The notes beneath the pieces were generated by a model. That model searched no databases, was not told the DNA's origin, and was given only the letters and a program-made list of their open reading frames with translations. A stretch of DNA of 64,000 bases from Gammaproteobacteria bacterium (GTDB lineage: Bacteria > Pseudomonadota > Gammaproteobacteria > JBCCGL01): the NCBI GenBank assembly GCA_965277715.1, contig OZ255836.1, positions 576,001 through 640,000 of the forward strand, read 5' to 3'. Positions 36,700-47,070 of this stretch are shown here, one piece after another. Position 1 is the first letter of the stretch. Each line of letters begins with the position of its first letter. The translations under genes were made by a program, and so were the position numbers.

Positions 36700-38262
36700 C
36701 TATGGTAAGGGGAAAACCACCCGAAACCCCAGGTCTTCACTGGTGTAATTCGGTGGGGCTTCACCAGATTGGTTGATCTGTCCCCCTTCTTCTGGCATAA
36801 AAAAACTCCCGCCCTTTATCACTAACGTAAACGCGCTGCCGTGTAAAACGGTGGTGTTGGTCCATTCAGCCACATTGCCGGCAAACCCTAAAATACTGTC
36901 TTTACTCGGATCATTAGAGGCATCGACGGCCAGTGCTTGCCAATGTGCTTGAGGCGTGTTGCGGTCAATCGCACGCTGTGGTTGGTATGTGTTGCCATAG
37001 GGGAAACGGGTGAGTGCTGCGCCCGCCAGTGCCTGCCATTCATTAGCTGAGGGTAAGCGCCCGCCTGCCCACTTGGCAAATGCCCAGGCGCTCCACCAGC
37101 TTATCCGGGTGACCGGGTGGTGTGGCTGATCGATGATGGTGGGCCAGTTTTCAGGCCTATGCCCGATGGTGTGCGGTTGTCTGGCGTGGTTGTAGAACCC
37201 CAGTTTTACCAAAGGGTCGCGTAGAAACTGTGCGTACAGGGCGCGGGTGACTTCGTGGCGCATAACGTGCAAGTTTAACGCTATCGGCTCGATGGCAAAG
37301 TGTTCGATAACGCGCAGTTGTTGATCGTCCAGGTGGCGCAACAGTGCGGGAATTTTCGCCTCGGCGGGCGCGCCTATTTTGAGGGCTTGCCTGTCAATGC
37401 TGACTACCTGTGCAGCGTCACCCCAGGGAATGTGAGGTATATGCATATATGCCTCCGGGCCACGGTCGTAAACACAGCGAAAGCCGGTGTAGTGCGAGCG
37501 GTAATCGGCGGGGGCAGGGCGGCGGATGCTGTTGAGCGCGTGCAGTGCCACCGGGCGGTTGTAGGCATTGCCGCCCATCAGTACAGGTTCATTTTGCAGG
37601 GTCGTCCATTCGAGCAGGCTGCTGCCCATATCGTGAATACCCTCGGGGGTATCGGTATCGGGAGAGGCGGCACAGTGTTTGGGGATATTCAGCGATGGGT
37701 CTCTGTGTTGCCAGGGGCTGTCGATAAACACATTACCCCAGGGGTAGAGCCGTTGTTGTGCACCGCTGGCGATGGCTTCAAATTCCTGACTGGTGGGCAG
37801 CCGACCACCGGCAGCGTGGCAATAGGCCCAGGCGTCGTAAAAACTCAACCCGCCCGCCGGTACGGTTAATTGCCCCAGCAGTGTGTGATCTTGGCTTTGG
37901 CTTTTGTACATCCACCCTTCAGGTTGTTTGGGGTGGGGCAGTGGGGGATTAACCTGTACGGCGTACCAGTGGCTGAAGCGGCGAAAATCCCCCTGGCTGA
38001 CCTCACAACGATCGACCCATAACTCGCCCAGCGAGAAGTTTTCTGGTTCGCGCCTGAATTGGGTCAGTAGTGCGGTGTTTGAAGTTAAGGCAGACAGGTT
38101 GTTTTGCAGTACGCTATCCAGCGGGTGTGCGGCAACCGTGTGTTGATAGTGTACCGTGACGGTATCCAAATCGCTGGGTGGCAGGTATATCCAGCGCCAC
38201 CAGAGCGCAGCCAACAGGCCGATGATGGCCGTTATCAGTGTAATAGATAACGTGCGTTTCAT
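36700..38262 (-). CDS. Membrane-anchored protein with two FGE-sulfatase (SUMF1) domains
   Basis: N-terminal TM; the pattern EV(S/T)..AWA(Y/F)..GGRLP..E..P(W/Y)G..EWT..GG..GFRxV occurs twice. Confidence 0.85.
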   Translation of the reverse strand: MKRTLSITLITAIIGLLAALWWRWIYLPPSDLDTVTVHYQHTVAAHPLDSVLQNNLSALTSNTALLTQFRREPENFSLGELWVDRCEVSQGDFRRFSHWYAVQVNPPLPHPKQPEGWMYKSQSQDHTLLGQLTVPAGGLSFYDAWAYCHAAGGRLPTSQEFEAIASGAQQRLYPWGNVFIDSPWQHRDPSLNIPKHCAASPDTDTPEGIHDMGSSLLEWTTLQNEPVLMGGNAYNRPVALHALNSIRRPAPADYRSHYTGFRCVYDRGPEAYMHIPHIPWGDAAQVVSIDRQALKIGAPAEAKIPALLRHLDDQQLRVIEHFAIEPIALNLHVMRHEVTRALYAQFLRDPLVKLGFYNHARQPHTIGHRPENWPTIIDQPHHPVTRISWWSAWAFAKWAGGRLPSANEWQALAGAALTRFPYGNTYQPQRAIDRNTPQAHWQALAVDASNDPSKDSILGFAGNVAEWTNTTVLHGSAFTLVIKGGSFFMPEEGGQINQSGEAPPNYTSEDLGFRVVFPLP

Positions 38263-40079
38263 TGGCGTTGCCGCCTAACGCGTAAGCGGTAACGAAATAG
38301 CAGTAACACAATGCCCACAAATGCCAATAACCATACCCAGGCCAACAGGCGGTGACCGTGGTCGCGTTCGCTGAGTAAGGGATTTGCCACAGGCAGTTTG
38401 TTGAGGCGCAGTTGGTTGACACCGGCGCTCAATAGTAATTGCTGACCTTCCAGGCCCGCGTGCACAAATCCCAGGCTGATGTCGTTTAGTTGTGCATCGA
38501 ATACGGCGATTGGGCGCCACTGGGTGTGGGGGTGGGTAAATTCATCCGGGTGTATCAGTAGCGTATAGCCTTTGGGTACTTCCAGTCGTTCGCCTTTGAA
38601 CAGGCTGGGGTAGAGCCGCAGCAGAAACCCCGGCTGCACTTGTTCTGCCTGGCTGAGTGGTTGTAGCCAGGGGGTGGGTTGATGCAGTTCAAGCGTTGCC
38701 GATGGCAATACTGTGTTGGTATCCAGCCGCAATTGGTTCTGGCTGGCGGTGGTTGTCAGTAAGGTGTCTTTTAGAGGGGGGTGTCTGTGCGCAATCTGTG
38801 CGCTAATTTGCTGGGCGAGCCGGTCAACCAGATTGCGGTGCGGGAAGTTTGTGACGTTATCGGTATCGAGTGCGTAGAAAGCGAGCCACTCTGGGGCGCT
38901 GGGTAGTTGCAGGGTTTTTTCAGTGCGTGCTACCTCCAGCAGTTTTAGCAGGTAGGTGATGATGGTTTGTCTGTACTGCAATGGCGTCAGTTCAATACGC
39001 TGGCTGTTTTGATCGGCAGAATTGGTTTCGAGTAATTCGGCATTGGGAACATTCAGGCGCAGGGTGCCCTGGACGTTTTCGGTACGGCGGTCGCCGCCTT
39101 TTTGCCCATTGCCACCAGACCAGGGGCCGCCAGACCTGGGGCCGCCCGACCCCGCCACCATGCCGATAAGTGCTTCAAACAAGGTGCCGGGTTTTTGCTG
39201 TCCGTTATTGGGGGCTTGTGGCTCACCGCTATTGAAAAAAGGGCTGGATGGCCTTTTGCCAAATGCTGATTGGGCCGCCTCAAAGCGGGGGGGAAGCAAT
39301 GTATCGTATTGCAGGGTGTCGAGTGTTTGTGCATCGGCCTGTTGTGTCGATGCCAGAAATTGTGCGGTAGCTGAGCTCTTGCTATCGCCTGGTGGATTGT
39401 CGTTCGTCTGTTCTGCCCCGGTCTGCCCCGATCCGGGTTGTCCTGCCTGTTGGTCGGCTGTGTCATTGTCGGTGTCAGTCGGTTGCTCCGGTGGTTGGTC
39501 ATCGTGTTGTTCGAAAGCATTATTTTTAAGCGGGGGAACACTTTCCCCCAGATAGTGCCAGTGGTGAACGTTTACATTGTTTTCCTGGAGAATGGCCATC
39601 GTTAGGTAGTACTCGCTGACGGCGTGTACATCCAGGCGGATATGGTTGCGTTGATCGGTGTCGAGTGAACGCAGGTAGGTGTCCAGGGCATTATCCTGGC
39701 GCAGTAGCGCACGGCGGTATATGCGTGTGTTGGTATTGAAAATACGGATATGGCCGTTGAGCATTTCAATGACCGGGTAGCGCATCGGGTTGCAGTCGTG
39801 CTCGATGGTGCAGGCGTGGTAGTCGTGCAATTGCGCAGGCGGGCTTGAGGGCAGGTCGTTGTAGACCAGTGTGGTCGATAACTGCCGTGAGAGCAGGGTG
39901 GTGATATTGGTGCTCTTTTCAAGCTCTTCCTGGGCGTGCTGTTCCTGTACGCTCAGGGTGACGGCGATCAGGATTAAAATAACAGCGACACTGTTGGCGA
40001 GAATATCGGCGAGTGCCACGCCACCCAATCCGAGCAGGGAGGTGGAACGCTTTCTGCGGTGTGTGGGTGACGATGCCAT
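38259..40079 (-). CDS. Large membrane protein with ExbD/TolR-like N-terminal TM
   Basis: ATG at 40079 coupled to the upstream stop; ALADILANSVAVILILIAV TM with Asp; low-complexity linker; C-terminal TM. Confidence 0.65.
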   Translation of the reverse strand: MASSPTHRRKRSTSLLGLGGVALADILANSVAVILILIAVTLSVQEQHAQEELEKSTNITTLLSRQLSTTLVYNDLPSSPPAQLHDYHACTIEHDCNPMRYPVIEMLNGHIRIFNTNTRIYRRALLRQDNALDTYLRSLDTDQRNHIRLDVHAVSEYYLTMAILQENNVNVHHWHYLGESVPPLKNNAFEQHDDQPPEQPTDTDNDTADQQAGQPGSGQTGAEQTNDNPPGDSKSSATAQFLASTQQADAQTLDTLQYDTLLPPRFEAAQSAFGKRPSSPFFNSGEPQAPNNGQQKPGTLFEALIGMVAGSGGPRSGGPWSGGNGQKGGDRRTENVQGTLRLNVPNAELLETNSADQNSQRIELTPLQYRQTIITYLLKLLEVARTEKTLQLPSAPEWLAFYALDTDNVTNFPHRNLVDRLAQQISAQIAHRHPPLKDTLLTTTASQNQLRLDTNTVLPSATLELHQPTPWLQPLSQAEQVQPGFLLRLYPSLFKGERLEVPKGYTLLIHPDEFTHPHTQWRPIAVFDAQLNDISLGFVHAGLEGQQLLLSAGVNQLRLNKLPVANPLLSERDHGHRLLAWVWLLAFVGIVLLLFRYRLRVRRQRQ

Positions 40080-40612
40080 TAAGGGGGATCGATTGTGCGT
40101 TTGATACGGGCGGGCAGGGATTGCAGGTGCACTGTGGAGAGCAGGTCGCGATTGGCGATAATCCAGCCGATGCTGATGGCGTGTTGTGGCCAGCGCTGTA
40201 GCAGGCAATTGCGCGAGAGGGCCATAGTGCCAACCCCGCCTTCGGTAATTGCGAAGATCAGTTGTTGTTTTTCCGTCGTGTAAATTTTTTCGACGTAACG
40301 CATAAAGGCGCTGCCAGCCTGGCATATTTCGGCGCGGGGTATTTGCTCGTTGGTTTCGATAATGCGCAGTTTGTCGGGGAAACTGATAACCACCAGGCCC
40401 TCGCTGCCATCCTGCCAGGACACCTGGTATTTTGCGCCCTCGGTGGAGCGTTCCAGCATGGCGCGTATATCGCTGGAAACGATAAGATTAATCAGGATGA
40501 AAATAATAATCAGCAACGCCAGCGTACTGCCAAATACCTCCACCATGGGGGCGTCCAGTTCGTTGTCTGCGCGCTGCGGGCGCGAGTGTCTGAGTCGCTT
40601 TGGCATAGTCAA
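40079..40612 (-). CDS. ExbD/TolR-like single-TM protein
   Basis: Basic N-terminus, PMVEVFGSTLALLIIIFILI TM with an acidic residue; follows the MotA/ExbB gene. Confidence 0.65.
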   Translation of the reverse strand: MTMPKRLRHSRPQRADNELDAPMVEVFGSTLALLIIIFILINLIVSSDIRAMLERSTEGAKYQVSWQDGSEGLVVISFPDKLRIIETNEQIPRAEICQAGSAFMRYVEKIYTTEKQQLIFAITEGGVGTMALSRNCLLQRWPQHAISIGWIIANRDLLSTVHLQSLPARIKRTIDPP

Positions 40613-40658
40613 TCGGCTGGGTACTTAATGTGTGTCGGTAAAGCCGTGTCGGTAAAGC

Positions 40659-41687
40659 CTAGGCCAGCGTCTCTTCCAGCAATAATAGCTGGCGCTCTTC
40701 CCAGCGGTATAACAGGGTTTGCAGCAAACCCAGGACAACCGAGAGCGATAGCGCGATCAGCGTGGTGTCAAATGCGATGCCCAGTGGTGACAGCGCCGAG
40801 GCCAGTAGCTGGCTAAATTCTGCGCTGTTGTTGTTGAGGATAGCGCTCAAGCCCTCCGTTGCCAGGGAGATACCCAGCACGGTGCCAATAAAACCGAAAA
40901 TGGGAATGCTCCAGTTGATATAGCGTGGCAGCGAATAGAATGACTCGAACTGCTGCCAGATAATGGCGAATAACTCGTCGCGTTTTTTTACCGACTTACC
41001 TGCACGTTGGCGCGCCACCCGTAGTGGTGAATCCTCATCGTCGGTGTGTTTTAGCGCGTGCGCCATCAGCAGCCACTTACCGAGCAATAGCAAGGTGCCC
41101 CAAAAAAACAGAGTGAGAGTAATCGGGGGAATAACCCCGCGATCGAGCAGCTTAGGCGTGATAACGTCGAACAGCGGGTATTCACCAATTTGCAGCCACG
41201 TCATCAACAGGTCACAAAAAATCAGGCCAATGCAAAAGGCAATCGCTATGGCGGGGCCTTTGAGCGTATCTTCAACCAGTTCATTGAGGCTGGGTGATGC
41301 ACTGGGGGAAGTACTGTGCAGGTGCAGCAACTGGTTTGACGCGGCGAGAATCAACGCCAGAATCAGCACTAACAAATGTGTGGACAGATCGGTGTCCTGC
41401 CCCGTGAGCAGTGAGCGCCACAGATCGGCTGAAGCGATCAACACCAGCAGAAACAAGGCACCGATATTAGCCAGCATGGCCCATCGATAAAACAGACTGC
41501 GCCATACGCACAACAGGCTGGGCAAACCGGCCATCCCCCCGAGTAGCAACCACAGTGGAGACCACCCCCGTGCGATATACAACAGAGCAAAACACAATAC
41601 CGGGATCAGTGCACATAAAACCATTGCGGTTTTTGAGAGTAAATTTATGGAAGCGGAGGATTGTTGAGTATTTTGAGTTATCGGCAT
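40659..41687 (-). CDS. MotA/TolQ/ExbB proton-channel family protein with extra N-terminal TMs
   Basis: IPIFGFIGTVLGIS and LGIAFDTTLIAL motifs. Confidence 0.88.
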   Translation of the reverse strand: MPITQNTQQSSASINLLSKTAMVLCALIPVLCFALLYIARGWSPLWLLLGGMAGLPSLLCVWRSLFYRWAMLANIGALFLLVLIASADLWRSLLTGQDTDLSTHLLVLILALILAASNQLLHLHSTSPSASPSLNELVEDTLKGPAIAIAFCIGLIFCDLLMTWLQIGEYPLFDVITPKLLDRGVIPPITLTLFFWGTLLLLGKWLLMAHALKHTDDEDSPLRVARQRAGKSVKKRDELFAIIWQQFESFYSLPRYINWSIPIFGFIGTVLGISLATEGLSAILNNNSAEFSQLLASALSPLGIAFDTTLIALSLSVVLGLLQTLLYRWEERQLLLLEETLA

Positions 41688-41950
41688 GCTATTTCCTCTT
41701 TAGCCAGTATTGACGAAAGAATTATGGCGTAAGATTAACAGCATAACGTGTACTGCGGCCACCGTCAGGTGTTAAGGCTGTTAAGAGGCGTTCTCAATCC
41801 CCGCGAACAAACATTGCGCCCCTTTTGGACATCACCCGCCTACCTTCCACAGAAGCAGCCGGCGCCCACCTGTCTTGATTAGCAAGGTATTCTAATAACA
41901 TCCTACGCAACCTAGACAGAAACACCCACCAACCCAATAGAGAAGTAAAC

Positions 41951-42199
41951 TCAGACTTTATCCTGTTTGGCTGCCCACTCAGCAGCCGTATATGCCTTGA
42001 TCGTCAACGCATGAATTGCACCACTGGTAATATGTTCGTTGAGAATGGCATAAATCATCTTATGGCGTTTGATAATACTTTCACCGGCAAAGGCATCGCT
42101 GATAACCAATGCTTCAAATTTACTGCCATCACCGCTGACATCGGCCTTGGCACCAGGAATGCCTTTTTCTACCAGATCACTGAAATAATCCATTCGCAT
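41951..42199 (-). CDS. BolA/IbaG family protein
   Basis: GDGSKFEALVISDAFAG..KRHKMIY..IHALTIKAYT; start uncertain. Confidence 0.9.
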   Translation of the reverse strand: MRMDYFSDLVEKGIPGAKADVSGDGSKFEALVISDAFAGESIIKRHKMIYAILNEHITSGAIHALTIKAYTAAEWAAKQDKV

Positions 42200-42276
42200 A
42201 GGAATGTACCCGTACAATTTAAGTGTGCGGATTATATCGTGCCTGGTGAAGTGATGTTAGAGGGTGTCGGGAAACC

Positions 42277-43152
42277 TCACCCATGAACAACAAAATTATC
42301 GGCGCTTAATTCTACTTCATCGACACCGAGATAGGCCTCAATGGTCAGCATTGTACGGCTGATCTCAGCACCGACTTCCCGTGCGTGAAGCACCTCCTGG
42401 GTTATACCTTCACTCCAGCCGTAAATACTGTGAATCAACTCCTCGTCTGTGCGCACGTTATGTTGGATATCGTGCAGAATACGTGCAAATTCGCTCAATG
42501 TAGGCATAACGCCGATTTTGCTAAACAGTGCATGAAGTGCATTGATCACTGCCTGTATATCCGTTGCCAGATCGAAATCCTCGGCCCGGTAGGGTTGGCT
42601 GCTCATCGACGTTGCATTCACCCACACGCGAAAGCTGTGCTTCTGCAAGGAGTGATACAGTGGTTCTTCAGAAATCAGAAACATCAACAGCTTATCGCGA
42701 TTGGCAAAGAACTGCGTATCACTGGAATGCCACTCACCGCTGCGAATAAACTGATAAAGCTGAATATGCCTGGCAAATTGTGCTGCCTGCAATTGATCGA
42801 GGATAACAACCGTCTGCTCGCCTTCGCTAAACGCACAGGCGTCACTCATAACGTGATCGAATGCCGAAACAGGTGTTGGTGTCGTTAACGGCTCACCGTC
42901 ATCGTCGCTGACTGCTGGTGGGGTAGGTGGTATTGGTTGTTCATCACTAAAATCGTGATACAGCACATGCTGATATTCGAGCGAGGTCGCCAGGGCATTG
43001 GCGAAAGCGGTTTTACGCCGACCAGGGGCACCTTCAATATTGAGGCAGTGAATGTCGTCGCTGCGGCTGTTAAGCAGGCACTTGATGTGGTAGCTATAGT
43101 CGTCGTTGGATTCATAGCCATTGGCGGCCATTTTTTCAAGCAGGGTTGTCAT
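42277..43152 (-). CDS. Divergent AAA+/MoxR-like P-loop protein
   Basis: EGAPGRRKTAFA (atypical Walker A) and VVILDQL (Walker B with E to Q). Confidence 0.55.
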   Translation of the reverse strand: MTTLLEKMAANGYESNDDYSYHIKCLLNSRSDDIHCLNIEGAPGRRKTAFANALATSLEYQHVLYHDFSDEQPIPPTPPAVSDDDGEPLTTPTPVSAFDHVMSDACAFSEGEQTVVILDQLQAAQFARHIQLYQFIRSGEWHSSDTQFFANRDKLLMFLISEEPLYHSLQKHSFRVWVNATSMSSQPYRAEDFDLATDIQAVINALHALFSKIGVMPTLSEFARILHDIQHNVRTDEELIHSIYGWSEGITQEVLHAREVGAEISRTMLTIEAYLGVDEVELSADNFVVHG

Positions 43153-43287
43153 TGACAGCTCCAGAGATTTCTTGCCCTATTTTAACGGCTCTATAGAAGA
43201 AATTTGTACGGCATTGTTAGAATCCGGTGGGTGAAAAAAGTGATAGGATTTGATCTCGTTAGAAATCAATTGGATAAGGTACATTGC

Positions 43288-43881
43288 ATGTCTGTTGAAA
43301 CCATTGTATTTGTTGCTATTGCGATAGGCGTCATCTGGTTTTTTATCGCGGTTTACAATCGTTTAGTCGCGTTGCGCAATCAATTTAAAAATGCTTTTTC
43401 ACAAATCGATGTGCAGCTTACCCGTCGCTATGAGTTGATTCCCAACCTGGTCGAAACGGCCAAGGCTTATATGCAGCATGAACGTGAAACACTGGCATCG
43501 GTGATTCAAGCACGCAATAGTGCCGCGTCTGCGGCGACGGTTGCCAATGCAAATCCGGCAGATGCAGCGGCGATGCGTGCATTAGCGGGTGCTGAGGTGG
43601 TGCTAGGAGAGGCGATGGGGGGCTTTTTTGCGCTGACCGAGAGTTATCCCGATCTCAAAGCAGACGAGACTATGACACAGTTAATGGAAGCACTCAGCAC
43701 TAGCGAAAACCGTGTAGCGTTTTCCCGCCAGGCATTTAACGATGCCGTTATGTTGTACAACACCAGCCGGGAACAATTTCCCAATAATATCCTCGCCGGC
43801 TTTTTTAAATTCAAGGAAGCTGTGCACCTTGACATCGAACGGCCACAGATGCGTGAACCGATTAATGTTTCTTTCAACTGA
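43288..43881 (+). CDS. lemA: LemA family protein
   Basis: YNRLVALRN..AFSQIDVQLTRRYELIPNLVE, YPDLKAD, FPNNILA. Confidence 0.95.
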   Translation: MSVETIVFVAIAIGVIWFFIAVYNRLVALRNQFKNAFSQIDVQLTRRYELIPNLVETAKAYMQHERETLASVIQARNSAASAATVANANPADAAAMRALAGAEVVLGEAMGGFFALTESYPDLKADETMTQLMEALSTSENRVAFSRQAFNDAVMLYNTSREQFPNNILAGFFKFKEAVHLDIERPQMREPINVSFN

Positions 43882-43908
43882 TGTATCTGGGTTCGATCAG
43901 GTGCGCGG

Positions 43909-45849
43909 ATGAATTTCTTTCAGCATCAGGAGGGTGCGCGTCGTCAAACGCATAAACTAATCGGTTATTTTATATTCGCTGTATTGCTTATCGTGCTGGT
44001 AGTGAATGGGGTTGTCGGTTTAGTCGTCTTGATGGTGACAGAACAGCCTAATAACACGCTGTATCAATGGATTGAGCAACCCTGGTGGTGTGTGGTGTCT
44101 GTTATTACGCTGTTGGTGATTGTCGGTGGCAGTATCCGGCGGGTGCATCAATTGCGTGAGGGTGGTGATGCTATTGCCGAATGGGCGGGGGCAAAGCGAT
44201 TGGATATGTATTCGCGGAGACAACAAGATAAGGTGTTTATCAATGTTGCAGAGGAAATGGCTATCGCCTCAGGTATGCCATTGCCGAGTTTGTGGGTAAT
44301 GGAGCGAGAGGGTGGCATCAATGCTTTTGTCGCGGGTATGAGGCCAAGTGAAGCGGCGTTGGTGGTTACCCGAGGCTGTCTTGAACAACTGGATCGCGAT
44401 GAACTGCAAGGTGTGATAGGCCACGAATTTAGCCATATTTTTCATGGCGATATGCGCTTAAATATTTGGTTAATGGGTGTGCTGGCAGGTATTTTGGCCA
44501 TTGGTCAAATGGGTGGTTTGATGTTGCGTTCCACAGGGGCAGGCATCAGCTATCGTCGCAATGCGAAAACCCTCGGTGTGGTGTTGGTCACGGGTATAGC
44601 GTTGTTATTGGTGGGGGCGGTGGGTTTATTTTTTGGTCGACTGATCAAAGCCTCCGTTTCCCGACAGCGTGAATACCTGGCTGATGCAGCGGCGGTGCAA
44701 TACACACGCAATACCCACGGCATTGCCGGTGCCTTAGTGAAAATTCGCGACACCCATTATGGCTCACATTTAATAGGCGCACGTGCGGAGGAAATGAGTC
44801 ATATGTGTTTTGGTGCAACTTTGAGCGCACGTTTTGGTAAGCGCTTGGCGACGCACCCGCCACTGGATAAGCGCATTCAGCGTATTGATCCCTATTTTAT
44901 GGTGAAGGCGCGCAGTAGAGCGCGTGCCCGTCAGCTACAAGAAAATAGCGAAAAAGTACCCAACGATACACTGACTACCTCAAGGGGATTTGCAGCGCTA
45001 AGCCAGGATGTGGTCAGTATTCATGCCCGTGATGTGGTTGAAAGTATTGGTAACCCAGGCACAGGGCATATAGCTTATGCCCAGGCTTTGCACGCGGCGA
45101 TTCCCGTTCAGTTTAGCCTGGCACTGCATGAAAAAATGGGGGCAAAGTGGTTAGTAATGGCCATGTTACTGGGCAGCAAACAACCACACATCGACAAGCG
45201 TAAACAGATTATTAGCCTGTCGGAGGGAGTTGCTACTGCAGATAGTGTGGTCGAGTTGCATACTCTGGCACAGGCGCAGTGGCCGCGCCTGCGTTTGGCG
45301 GTAGTTGATCTGGCGTTGCCACAACTTAAAATGCTGTGTTTCGATGAACGCAAACAGTTTATGCGTACAGTGGGCGATTTGGTTGTTGCTGATGGCAAGA
45401 CATCACTATTTGAATTTACCTTACTGGCAATTTTGCGTCGGCATTTACCTTTTTCACCTGTCGTGGAAACCAGGCCTACATTTTTTACTTATAAGCCAGT
45501 GGAACAGGAAATTGCGTTATTGCTCTCATTGATGATTCGTGTCGGTGGTGATTCTGACGATGCGAATACGCGCTATACACAGCTGTTGCGTACATTCACT
45601 CGCAATGTCATTAATCGTCAGTCATTGCCCACCTTGGGCAGTAAAACACTCAATGTTGTGCTGGGTAAACTACAAAATCTGGCGCCAATCCTGAAAGCAT
45701 CTGTTATCGAGTCGCTCATTGAGTGTGTGCTACACAATGGGCATATAAAAATTCAAGAGGCAGAGCTATTGCGTGCGGTTGCAGAAATGTTGGATTGCCC
45801 GCTACCGCCGCTAATAGACACACATCAAAATACGGGGCAGTTAATTTAA
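43909..45849 (+). CDS. M48 (HtpX-like) zinc metallopeptidase with long C-terminal domain
   Basis: INAFVAG, HEFSH, SRQREYLADA, THPPL; LemA-associated. Confidence 0.92.
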   Translation: MNFFQHQEGARRQTHKLIGYFIFAVLLIVLVVNGVVGLVVLMVTEQPNNTLYQWIEQPWWCVVSVITLLVIVGGSIRRVHQLREGGDAIAEWAGAKRLDMYSRRQQDKVFINVAEEMAIASGMPLPSLWVMEREGGINAFVAGMRPSEAALVVTRGCLEQLDRDELQGVIGHEFSHIFHGDMRLNIWLMGVLAGILAIGQMGGLMLRSTGAGISYRRNAKTLGVVLVTGIALLLVGAVGLFFGRLIKASVSRQREYLADAAAVQYTRNTHGIAGALVKIRDTHYGSHLIGARAEEMSHMCFGATLSARFGKRLATHPPLDKRIQRIDPYFMVKARSRARARQLQENSEKVPNDTLTTSRGFAALSQDVVSIHARDVVESIGNPGTGHIAYAQALHAAIPVQFSLALHEKMGAKWLVMAMLLGSKQPHIDKRKQIISLSEGVATADSVVELHTLAQAQWPRLRLAVVDLALPQLKMLCFDERKQFMRTVGDLVVADGKTSLFEFTLLAILRRHLPFSPVVETRPTFFTYKPVEQEIALLLSLMIRVGGDSDDANTRYTQLLRTFTRNVINRQSLPTLGSKTLNVVLGKLQNLAPILKASVIESLIECVLHNGHIKIQEAELLRAVAEMLDCPLPPLIDTHQNTGQLI

Positions 45850-46328
45850 TGACGATAAGCAACGCTGTAAAATACCTCACTGGTCGATGCCAATGCGGGA
45901 ATATCCGCTACCAGATAAACGGTGAGCCACTCACCTTGTATGCATGCCATTGCCTGGATTGCCAAAAGCAATCGTCGAGTGCATTTGGATTGTCGATGTG
46001 GGTGTCGGTGGGGGATTTTATAGTGCTACAGGGCGCGCTTAAATTCTGGTCGACAACGGTTGATGATGGCAGTGAAAAGCGCTGTGCATTCTGCCCCGAA
46101 TGTGGCACCCGGATTTATCATGCGCTGGATGATACGCCTGAGATTTTCAGCTTGAAGGCCGGTACATTGGACGATACCTCAACGCTTGAGCCGGTTGCAC
46201 ATATTTGGGTCAAACGAGCACATCACTGGTTGAATTTAGCGCACGGTGAGGCTTTGTGTTACGACGCTGATCCAGTGTCTTTTAAACAGATACTCTCGGC
46301 CTGGTCTGTTCGTAACCGTGTGATGTAG
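45849..46328 (+). CDS. GFA/CENP-V family protein
   Basis: GRCQCG, CHCLDCQK, FCPECGT. Confidence 0.9.
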   Translation: MTISNAVKYLTGRCQCGNIRYQINGEPLTLYACHCLDCQKQSSSAFGLSMWVSVGDFIVLQGALKFWSTTVDDGSEKRCAFCPECGTRIYHALDDTPEIFSLKAGTLDDTSTLEPVAHIWVKRAHHWLNLAHGEALCYDADPVSFKQILSAWSVRNRVM

Positions 46329-46410
46329 TGTGTATTTGATTTTAGATGTGCTTTGTGCAACGATCATTCGCGCTATGCTACTGTAACTTTACTTAAAAAA
46401 GGATTAAACG

Positions 46411-47070
46411 ATGACAAATGATAATACTGTCTCGATTGAGGAGATAACATCTATTCAGGCAGAGAGCGCCCGTTTGCAAAGGGAAGTGCTTTCAATGCAG
46501 AAAGAAAATGCTCTGGAAATGCAGGAAATAAGTCGAAGGTTTGTTGAGACAGATCGCAAGTTTGTTGAGACAGATCGCAAATTCGCAGAGACGAAAGTGT
46601 ATTTGGATCAGGTGCTGGCACGGGCAGATAAGGTGTTTGCTATGGCGGGTAACTTGACCAACAATATTGGTGATGTCGCCGAGGAATTTTTCTATCAGGG
46701 TTTGTCCACCAGCATGGCGCTCGGCGGGATGCACTTCGATATGATCGACCGGCGGATTAAAAACCATGTCGGTACACTGCAGGGTGAATACGATTTAGTA
46801 CTCTATAATGGCAACAGTGTCGCCCTGGTTGAAGTCAAACACAAACTACACCCCAACGATGTAGACCGCTTCGCCAATAAAGCCCTGCCGAATTTTCGCC
46901 CTTTGTTTCCCGCTTACGCAGACCATCGAATATACGGTGCTGTCGCTGCGCTGTCAGTGCCGGAGGAGGCGGTTGAAAGAGCGATGGCCAACGGTTTGGG
47001 AATACTGACGCAGGCTGGAGAGGATATGCGCTTGCTCAATCCACCGGGGTTTAGCTTGCGCTGTTACTAA
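46411..47070 (+). CDS. Coiled-coil + PD-(D/E)XK-like (DUF3782-type) protein
   Basis: FVETDRK heptad repeats; GDVAEEFF..EYDLV..VEVKHKL. Confidence 0.7.
   Translation: MTNDNTVSIEEITSIQAESARLQREVLSMQKENALEMQEISRRFVETDRKFVETDRKFAETKVYLDQVLARADKVFAMAGNLTNNIGDVAEEFFYQGLSTSMALGGMHFDMIDRRIKNHVGTLQGEYDLVLYNGNSVALVEVKHKLHPNDVDRFANKALPNFRPLFPAYADHRIYGAVAALSVPEEAVERAMANGLGILTQAGEDMRLLNPPGFSLRCY

Noticed and set aside
36700-38262. FGE-sulfatase protein as a DGR target
   Set aside because: The fold is a known DGR target class, but no second copy of its 3' end and no RT are present
38259-41687. Zorya ZorAB or flagellar MotAB
   Set aside because: No OmpA-like peptidoglycan-binding domain, no long ZorA tail and no zorC/D/E genes
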